A stretch of 52,533 nucleotides of DNA from a virus (Duplodnaviria; Caudoviricetes), in IMG/VR virus record IMGVR_UViG_3300014932_000216, positions 1-52,533 of that record. The stretch is one strand, 5' to 3'. Shown here in pieces: positions 45,665 through 52,533 of the stretch (position 1 is its first letter; each line of letters starts with the position of its first letter). Under the pieces are notes generated by a model, which worked only from the letters and a program-made list of their open reading frames with translations, was not told where the DNA came from and ran no database searches. A program made the position numbers and the translations under genes.

Positions 45665-46906
45665 TTATACGTAATAAATAATTTGTCTGCCTTGTTGAAG
45701 TTTGAAAAGTTCGTAACCAACAATGTTGTTATTACTTATAATGGTTTTTATTGTGCTGTCATCCGGCAAAATACCGTACAGCTTATTGGCTACTAAAATC
45801 ACATTGCTGTCATACGGCAGTATATAGGTGCGCTGCTGCTTTGCGCTCGCTGCGATGCCGTACAGGCTGCCAACAGTGTAGTACAATAGCGAATCCAGCA
45901 ATGATAATCCGTCAGGATTTGGGATATAGCTATCGGGGCTACCTCCATCATGCGTCTGCATACCGCACAGATTATCGAGGTAGCCGTTATATTTCTGAAT
46001 AATCAACGCTATGGCCGCTACAACGTCATTCCTTGTCAGGTAATCCGTACTGGTAATGTTAGTCACAGATGCGGAGCAAATGCCGGCGATTAACGCCCCT
46101 GCATTATTCTCATACCCTTGCTTCTCCCCGGTTAATACCAAGTCGATAATATCGTCAGAAAGTGCGTCCAGTTGTTTTCCAAACATCGCCATTCTGTTAA
46201 CTATGGTATCATTAAAACCTACAGGCAACATAATCATGGCCTGCAATGTCCCTATAGCCGTTTCGGTAGCAAATACAGTCGCATTTAGTAACCCATTGCA
46301 TTGATTGAAGGCGTTGAAATATTGGTTATAATCTTCCGCGTCTGCTATTGTAGTATTTATGCTATTGAATGAAGATGCGAGATTAGTTCGTAATGCCGAT
46401 ATGCTCGTAGTGCTGGGCGTCGGCTGGTTAGCTGCGTATGTTTTAGCAAGCTGAGCATTAGATATAGCAGCCTTTGACGTTACAACATCTGGCGGGGAGA
46501 GCGCGGGTGCTAGCTGAGCGGTGCCGATCGTCTCAATTATAGTCCCGGTAATAACCGTTGTATTCAGCCCGCTATTATCCGACTTCAAACCGAGTGGCTG
46601 CACTACTATACCGCCATATTGCGGGTGGTTGATTTGCCACGCTGCGGGGTTATCTGCCGACTTGAAAAACTTTTCTCCGTCATCTACATTGGTTGCGCCT
46701 TGAAAGATTATCTCAATATCATATTGAACCCCCATTGGCAACCTGCGGTCAATCAAGCTACCTTTAAGATCAATAAATTCAAACTTAGAAACGTTGAACT
46801 CTTTAGACTTATTCGCGCTGGCATTCAGATACAATGGAGTGTATCGCTGACCGTCCCCGGTAACGATAACTAAATCCTGCTTAATCTTTTCCAGCCAACT
46901 TGCCAT
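45665..46906 (-). CDS. Mu gpN-like (DNA circularisation N-terminal domain) tail protein
   Basis: W..HPQYG N-terminal domain and LysM-like C-terminus (LVANKLYG...IISNNNI). Confidence 0.72.
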   Translation of the reverse strand: MASWLEKIKQDLVIVTGDGQRYTPLYLNASANKSKEFNVSKFEFIDLKGSLIDRRLPMGVQYDIEIIFQGATNVDDGEKFFKSADNPAAWQINHPQYGGIVVQPLGLKSDNSGLNTTVITGTIIETIGTAQLAPALSPPDVVTSKAAISNAQLAKTYAANQPTPSTTSISALRTNLASSFNSINTTIADAEDYNQYFNAFNQCNGLLNATVFATETAIGTLQAMIMLPVGFNDTIVNRMAMFGKQLDALSDDIIDLVLTGEKQGYENNAGALIAGICSASVTNITSTDYLTRNDVVAAIALIIQKYNGYLDNLCGMQTHDGGSPDSYIPNPDGLSLLDSLLYYTVGSLYGIAASAKQQRTYILPYDSNVILVANKLYGILPDDSTIKTIISNNNIVGYELFKLQQGRQIIYYV

Positions 46907-46908
46907 AA

Positions 46909-47658
46909 CTATTTTTTAGCCAATCTTGCCATTTGCTTTTCAGCATTTTTAATATAAAATCCCTCAATCTTTGCCCCGCTCAATAACGAAGCCTTACGCA
47001 TGAAGTGTGTTGCTTTAGGGTGTACATGCCGGCCTGCTTGCACCGAGTAAAGCGGTGTGCTGTTGACAACCGTATTGCCATCATCCAGCCTGTGAACGCT
47101 GTTAATCCGCATCATCATCCTTTTGCCTTTGCGAATGGTATTGCCGATAACAACGCCGCCTTTGCCGGCATGAATAGCCGACTTTATGAACCGTTGTTTA
47201 TTGTTCGCGCCTTTTGCGTTTTTAGCATCAACGATGTTGCTACGTATCTGGCTAATCCTATTTGCCGCCCGCACATTGCCGCCATGTGAGCCACCAACAC
47301 GGGCGGCATCCAAAGGAATGAAAGTGCGCCCACCGATAGAGCCACCGGCGTCCTGCTGCTGCATATCTTCTACCGCCTGCTGCTGCGTTCCGTTATTTTC
47401 AACAAATCCCACCGTGGCCCTCATTGCGTCAACTTCCCAACCTTTCGCCTGCTCTACTTTGCTATTCGCTTTAAAGAAATTCTTTTTTCGGTGAAAAAAT
47501 ATATTGCTCTCATCAGGCATTGTTCGGGTCTTGACGTCAAACGCTGCATTATTCAGCGTGTCCCGTATTGCGTTTGGGATTGCCGAACGGTGCATTTGGC
47601 GCAGTGTTTGGGTAAACTCTACGACCGCCGATGCATCGATATTTAAGACCGTATTCAT
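46909..47658 (-). CDS. Basic tail completion / neck protein
   Basis: AIRDTLNNAAFDVK and KATHFMRKAS motifs. Confidence 0.55.
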   Translation of the reverse strand: MNTVLNIDASAVVEFTQTLRQMHRSAIPNAIRDTLNNAAFDVKTRTMPDESNIFFHRKKNFFKANSKVEQAKGWEVDAMRATVGFVENNGTQQQAVEDMQQQDAGGSIGGRTFIPLDAARVGGSHGGNVRAANRISQIRSNIVDAKNAKGANNKQRFIKSAIHAGKGGVVIGNTIRKGKRMMMRINSVHRLDDGNTVVNSTPLYSVQAGRHVHPKATHFMRKASLLSGAKIEGFYIKNAEKQMARLAKK

Positions 47659-47763
47659 TATTTCAAAGTTACGTTACTTTGTAAAGCAAAGTTCTTTTTA
47701 TTGCAAAGTACATTTTAACATTTATTAGCATTATTTGGATTTAAAATTGTATTTTGCAATCCT

Positions 47764-48162
47764 ATGAAACAAACACTACTCATTATCGCATTATCAGTTT
47801 TATGCTTTTCCTGCACAAAAAGCACCACGCCTGCCGCTCTCCCTTATTACAACAACGAAGGGATAACATTCACCGCGAATCACGCATTCACATACTCTAA
47901 TGCCAATGCGCCCGTTACTAATATTATACTTGACCAAAGCAAAGCAATTGATGGGAAAAAGGCGACATTCGCATTTACCGCCATCAACGGATATGATTTG
48001 GAAATCGTCACTACCCAGTCGCCCGGAGTGATTAAGTTTGAGACCGGCTCACTTGATTCAAAGAACTCGTTAACCGCCGAGTATAATATCAGCATTACAT
48101 ATCATGCTGCTGTCGGCGTGGAATCACAATATTTCAGCGTAAATATTGTTAAGCCAAATTAG
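47764..48162 (+). CDS. Lipoprotein (moron-like, opposite strand in the tail operon)
   Basis: MKQTLLIIALSVLCFS-C lipobox. Confidence 0.75.
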   Translation: MKQTLLIIALSVLCFSCTKSTTPAALPYYNNEGITFTANHAFTYSNANAPVTNIILDQSKAIDGKKATFAFTAINGYDLEIVTTQSPGVIKFETGSLDSKNSLTAEYNISITYHAAVGVESQYFSVNIVKPN

Positions 48163-49079
48163 GTTGTTAAAATGTATCGTGCGCTTACATACAAAGCCCA
48201 CCCAGAGCCGGACGGCAATAAGCTAGAGGCTTTTATTTTAACATTCCCGCTTGTATCTACCTCCATTGGTAGCATTGCACTAAAATTACCAGAGCCATCA
48301 AACAGTTGCCCGATAATCGCCCTACCGTGATTTGGAAAGTAGCTGCTTGATGGCATTGTAAATACAGTGAGTGCCGGGGTTGCACCGGTAGATACTACCG
48401 AACCTTCTACATACCCATAAAGGCCGTCTTTATTGTATTTCATCGCGGCAAAATCACCCTCCGCAACTGCCGACCAGTTAGTCCCCACGGACGGCGTTGT
48501 CCATGTTCCTATGGTTAAATCGGCAACAAGTCCATCAATCCCTACCGCCGTACTCCATGGCACCATAGCCGAATAGTTAAACTGGCTGGCACCGGGCGAA
48601 ACGGACGCACCCTGCGTGACATTGGCGTAAGGCTGCCCGTCTATCGTGAAGATGTTTATTAATGGAACATTGGAGCCGGTAAGCACCGCACCGCTCCCGG
48701 CCATATTCACAAACTGCCCGTTGTAAAAGAAGAAACCGGAACTAATAAGGTAAGCACCGGACGCGCCTGTGTTTACGCAGCCCGACATAGTAACGGGCGT
48801 AAACCCGGACGCGCCAAAAGCTGCCGCCATGCCGTTGAATCGACGCACGTAAAGGGTATTCAATGCCGTTGTTAGCTGAAAACCATTTGCCGCATTTTCT
48901 TCAAGGCTATTTGGCGTAACTCCCGCCAACGCCATCATGCGCTGAAAAAACACCTGCAAATCAAAGTTGCTCTTTGAATTTATTTTAGTGCCGCTTGGCG
49001 CGTTTTTGATGCCGCCGTACAAATTCGTACTATCTACCGGCAACACCGTACCATCGAAATCTACTATTTCCCTTGCCAT
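48159..49079 (-). CDS. Baseplate-attached tail fibre protein
   Basis: Follows the wedge genes; TPNSLEENAANGFQL N-terminus and beta-rich C-terminus. Confidence 0.65.
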   Translation of the reverse strand: MAREIVDFDGTVLPVDSTNLYGGIKNAPSGTKINSKSNFDLQVFFQRMMALAGVTPNSLEENAANGFQLTTALNTLYVRRFNGMAAAFGASGFTPVTMSGCVNTGASGAYLISSGFFFYNGQFVNMAGSGAVLTGSNVPLINIFTIDGQPYANVTQGASVSPGASQFNYSAMVPWSTAVGIDGLVADLTIGTWTTPSVGTNWSAVAEGDFAAMKYNKDGLYGYVEGSVVSTGATPALTVFTMPSSSYFPNHGRAIIGQLFDGSGNFSAMLPMEVDTSGNVKIKASSLLPSGSGWALYVSARYILTT

Positions 49080-49861
49080 TATGTGAAGTTTATAAAGGTG
49101 AACCCTATTGTTTGTAATGGTTTAATTTGTAACACAAGTTGCCTTAGCTCTGTTTGCCGTACCGCTGGAACGGTTGCGAATGTGGTCTGCCCCGCCGGGT
49201 CTGCAATGAAGAACGTACTGCTATAACTATCGCCAATATCAAAAGTATCATCCAGTGCAGGTTCTAAATGGTTAGCAATGATCGTTATGTCGTCGAGCGA
49301 ATAATCATCGCCATACTCCGAAAGTCCGTAGTCGGTTTCGCCGTAAATGGCATCGCCTGTTGATATACCCAATACCTCGGCCGGGCTTTTACTTATCCAT
49401 CCTCCAGACCCATCGCTGAAAATGTTTTCGTACACATTGACATTGAATCCCGCCGCCTGTAACTGGTCTTGCAGATATAAAGCTGACTGCCTCGGGGCTG
49501 TACTACCGGGGTAATTCATCTTGCGAATAATAGCAAGTTTCCGATTTGCTGTTGTTGGCGTAGATGCCGAGGTAACACCCCATTGTATCATGCCTAGCCG
49601 CCCCTCCCAATCATTACAGTCGTTATCCAGCGGGTCGCTGGTGCCGTCCGTAAACAGGCTTGTATCTGGTAGTATGCTATTGAATGTACTCCGGGCATCT
49701 CCCCATAGTTGCGCTTCGCTTATTGCCAACGCCCTATGCAGCCGGAACAGAAAGCCACCGTTACCGTCTGCGTCCGGGAATGGCATATTAAACGCACGGG
49801 CTTCCTGCGGGTACAAGTCCCGCGAAAGGTCGGCAAGTGCATTTGTTATGAAATCCCCCAT
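49079..49861 (-). CDS. Baseplate wedge protein (Mu gp48-like)
   Basis: LYPQEARAF, DWEGRLG, YLQDQLQAAGF and LQIKPLQT motifs. Confidence 0.75.
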   Translation of the reverse strand: MGDFITNALADLSRDLYPQEARAFNMPFPDADGNGGFLFRLHRALAISEAQLWGDARSTFNSILPDTSLFTDGTSDPLDNDCNDWEGRLGMIQWGVTSASTPTTANRKLAIIRKMNYPGSTAPRQSALYLQDQLQAAGFNVNVYENIFSDGSGGWISKSPAEVLGISTGDAIYGETDYGLSEYGDDYSLDDITIIANHLEPALDDTFDIGDSYSSTFFIADPAGQTTFATVPAVRQTELRQLVLQIKPLQTIGFTFINFT

Positions 49862-51024
49862 TAGCTATAGGTTACAGTGTTAGTGAATGGGATTGCCCCA
49901 AAATCGAAATTATAGGTAGAGACAGCAGAGCCGCCAACAGTCATTGTCGCGCCAGTGAAATAGCACCCCGGAGCGGCATTTAGGGCAACTTGTATCAAAG
50001 TATTTACGGTTAGTGTATCATTCCTTTTGGTGATAATGTCGGCACCGGGAATAAAGGGTCGTATTAGCGCAATAGCCTCCGTAAGCCCCGCCGTTATTAA
50101 CACCTGCTGGTCTGCTGAGATACCTGGTGTTCCAGTACTGCCGGTAAATGTTATGTTCACGTCTTTTACGGTAACGGCATTTACCTGCACCGGCATAACA
50201 CCCAATGGCTTTAATCCGTTGCTTGCAGCCATAATAGCGGTAACAGCATCTAATATCGTAGATGTTGGCACCCCCTTATGTGGCGGTCCTACTGAATCGG
50301 CTAAAATCGCCTCTACGTAAACCGCGACGGTGTCTGCTTCGCCATCTACCGCATACGGGTATATCTGCGCAACACCCGCCGCCTCGCGCCCCCATAGCCG
50401 GTAATCTGCTGCCGCGCCGCCTTGTGGTTGCAATTGGTATGTTTCAACCACCCGCGACCGGAATTGCTCTATCGTCTCAGCATCAACAGGGGAAATAGAA
50501 ACACTTGCAACCGAAACGCCGGTATTTATGTTTATCAGCGGTTGTGTGCATGTGAGCGTGTCAGCTGCTTTTAATACCGCAATGGTGCCTACCGTAAGAG
50601 CGCGCAATGTGATCGTATCGCCTGAGCCGGAAAGCGTGTATGCATTATCAAGTACGAATAAATATCCGGGACTTGTGCTGCTATCGTCGCTTTTAAACGT
50701 CGTAGATGCATCAATGGTCTCACCTGCCGAACCTGTAACATTTACAATATATTGCCCCTGCGTCCCTTGTTGCGGAGACATATTTTTTATGCGCCCAAAC
50801 CATTCAAGTGTTCCTCCGTTAGCCTCGCTCGATGCGGTGGTTGGCCATACATTAGCCTGCACGTCAGCAATACCAAGATATTCAAGCCATAATTTGCCAG
50901 CCTGCACCATAGCTAAAGCCCGTAAGAAAGCCTTACCGTTTGGGTCTAATTCAACGCCGAACTCGGTTTCTATATTACCAAGTATGCTGGTGTAAAGTGA
51001 CTGTATCGAAGGTATTTGTACCAT
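49861..51024 (-). CDS. Baseplate J-like protein (Mu gp47-like)
   Basis: DAETIEQFRSRV and PQGGAAADYRLW motifs. Confidence 0.88.
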   Translation of the reverse strand: MVQIPSIQSLYTSILGNIETEFGVELDPNGKAFLRALAMVQAGKLWLEYLGIADVQANVWPTTASSEANGGTLEWFGRIKNMSPQQGTQGQYIVNVTGSAGETIDASTTFKSDDSSTSPGYLFVLDNAYTLSGSGDTITLRALTVGTIAVLKAADTLTCTQPLININTGVSVASVSISPVDAETIEQFRSRVVETYQLQPQGGAAADYRLWGREAAGVAQIYPYAVDGEADTVAVYVEAILADSVGPPHKGVPTSTILDAVTAIMAASNGLKPLGVMPVQVNAVTVKDVNITFTGSTGTPGISADQQVLITAGLTEAIALIRPFIPGADIITKRNDTLTVNTLIQVALNAAPGCYFTGATMTVGGSAVSTYNFDFGAIPFTNTVTYS

Positions 51025-51437
51025 TAAATCTGATATTTTAAAAAGCCGCTATTGGGGCTCCATTGGTAAAAAAACTTTTGTCCGTTTATTGTTATGAGCG
51101 CATCTAATCGGTTCGCGGCGGCTATTGTGCAATTAACTGTTACGGTAGTTCCTGTAATGTCATCTTGCAGATATTGCAGGTCGGCCAACATCGCGTTTTC
51201 TATATTCTGCAGCCCGGCGCTATTCAAAACATTATCCTTTAATGCCTGTTCTGTTTTTGATGAAAACTGAATTTCAACCGGCGGATCTAAAAGGGCATTT
51301 CCCCACCAACTACCATCTCCGCCGAACTGTGCTAATATTGGTTGATTCTCATAACCCGTAGTGGTCGCCAGGTCGTCACCATGCAACACAAGATCGCCGC
51401 CGGTTCCGCTCATCATCAAGAGTAGGTCTATTGCCAT
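51024..51437 (-). CDS. Baseplate protein (Mu gp46-like)
   Basis: GGDLVL and WWGN motifs; lies between tape measure and baseplate J. Confidence 0.7.
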   Translation of the reverse strand: MAIDLLLMMSGTGGDLVLHGDDLATTTGYENQPILAQFGGDGSWWGNALLDPPVEIQFSSKTEQALKDNVLNSAGLQNIENAMLADLQYLQDDITGTTVTVNCTIAAANRLDALITINGQKFFYQWSPNSGFLKYQI

Positions 51438-52533
51438 GAGAACGTATTTTTGAGGTTGACCGGGATTGCTGAGCCGCCAGTATCGACACTTGCGGCATGG
51501 CCTGTTTGGTTGTCTATGGTGATTTTTATATCGTGCAATTGCTTTTTTAATGAATATGCCGTTTCTGCATCGTCATTATCGTCGTTGTTTGTCACCCCGT
51601 TTTCTATATTGCCAAAAGCCTGCCTTATTTCCGGGGTATTGTATTTTTGATTTTCCGAAATGTATTGCTGCGCCGCCTGCGGGTCTTTCATATACATACG
51701 CTCTAATGAACCCTTTACCGCTTCATTGTCGCCAATCATATTATTATACCCGCGCCCTATTGTGGTATCATTAGCCCAATCCATTATTGATTTGCGATTC
51801 CAAATAATTGCAAGTACAGCCGCAACACTTCCGAGCGTTCCGAGTAGTTTTGTTGCGCCGCCATTCATGAGGTTAAACCCAAGAGCGGCCCCTTTGGATG
51901 CAATGGCGTTTTCGAGTATCGCCCCGGTTAGCGTTCCGTTGGCGACAGATAAAAGACCTGTGATAAATAAACTTGCCTTTTGTATGCTTGTCCATATCAT
52001 CATTGCTTTGGCTGCTATTCCTATACTGCCCGCGACAACAGTTATAGCCAATGCAAGGCCGCCGAGAAGTAAAACCGCTCCGACAATCCATTTAGCAAGT
52101 GTCTTGTGGTGATGAACCCATTGCGCCATACCTTGCAACATTGGCGTTATTGCCTTAGCTAAGGCCGTCACCATCGGTAATAGTAATGAGCCAATAGTTA
52201 TACCCAATATCTGTAGATTATTCTTAGCTATTTGCGCCTGAGATGCGGTAGTGCCCAGTTGCTTATAATATGCATCATTCACGGCATTTACCCCCGCCAA
52301 CTGCTCTTTGGTATTATCCCTAAAGGCCTGCCTGAGATTGCCAACCAACAATGTGTATGACGTTAAGCCGGTGCGGTTAAACAACTTCGGGGCTTCGATA
52401 TTCATCTGCTTGCTTGCCTCCGCAACCGCATCTAGCGCACCGCCGAGACCATTCATTTTAGTTATCAATTGTTCACCAGTCACGACCCCGAGACGAGCGA
52501 ACACCTGCTTCATTTCGGTAGTTGGTTTTATAA
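51428..52533 (-). CDS. Tail tape measure protein, 3' part
   Basis: Open from the window edge (IKPTTEMKQ...), Ala/Gly-rich helical sequence with hydrophobic segments. Confidence 0.85.
   Translation of the reverse strand, partial: IKPTTEMKQVFARLGVVTGEQLITKMNGLGGALDAVAEASKQMNIEAPKLFNRTGLTSYTLLVGNLRQAFRDNTKEQLAGVNAVNDAYYKQLGTTASQAQIAKNNLQILGITIGSLLLPMVTALAKAITPMLQGMAQWVHHHKTLAKWIVGAVLLLGGLALAITVVAGSIGIAAKAMMIWTSIQKASLFITGLLSVANGTLTGAILENAIASKGAALGFNLMNGGATKLLGTLGSVAAVLAIIWNRKSIMDWANDTTIGRGYNNMIGDNEAVKGSLERMYMKDPQAAQQYISENQKYNTPEIRQAFGNIENGVTNNDDNDDAETAYSLKKQLHDIKITIDNQTGHAASVDTGGSAIPVNLKNTFSWQ

Larger units (their letters stand above)
1..52533. mobile_element. Temperate tailed phage (myovirus-type tail), near-complete circularly permuted genome, probable Bacteroidota host
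   Basis: Head, tail, lysis, replication, lysogeny and integrase modules are all present, there are no flanking host genes, and the tape-measure gene runs off one end and resumes at the other. Confidence 0.95.

Noticed and set aside
315-52112. Numerous plus-strand ORFs opposite structural and replication genes (e.g. 315..605, 4583..4999, 41752..42330, 50528..50995, 51660..52112)
   Set aside because: They are shadow frames antisense to well-supported genes and have no recognisable motifs.
1-52533. CRISPR array, retron or reverse transcriptase system
   Set aside because: I saw no regularly spaced repeat-spacer array and no RT or Cas motifs in any ORF.
1-52533. Stop-codon reassignment
   Set aside because: Core genes are full length under the standard bacterial code, and no suppressor tRNA was seen.

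Overview
The window is an essentially complete, circularly permuted temperate phage genome of about 52.5 kb; the tape-measure gene is split across the two window ends. The host is most likely Bacteroidota, judged from TAnnTTTG-type promoters, A-rich starts without Shine-Dalgarno sites, a Bacteroidota-like DnaB and an arm-type tyrosine integrase. It pairs a lambda-like head module (GpA-type terminase, portal, S49 protease/scaffold, decoration protein, gpE-type capsid) with a Mu-like contractile tail, and the tail genes are transcribed before the head genes. Early genes include cI/cro-like regulators, integrase, a RecT-like recombinase, an initiator plus DnaB, an SNF2 helicase-methyltransferase fusion, an RNA ligase, a HAD phosphatase and four HNH genes. 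The most notable observations are: (1) a very compact, circularly permuted two-piece tmRNA gene with its own promoter, tag ORF and terminator; (2) a 762-bp cassette bounded by perfect 46-bp inverted repeats, inserted between two baseplate genes and carrying two convergent small ORFs; (3) a C5 methyltransferase split over two overlapping frames; (4) a C4/CI-like antisense RNA layout upstream of the replication operon; (5) a conserved late-promoter motif and a second HTH/operator switch; (6) Sec signal peptides on proteins inside virion operons. All calls come from reading motifs by eye; no searches were run.
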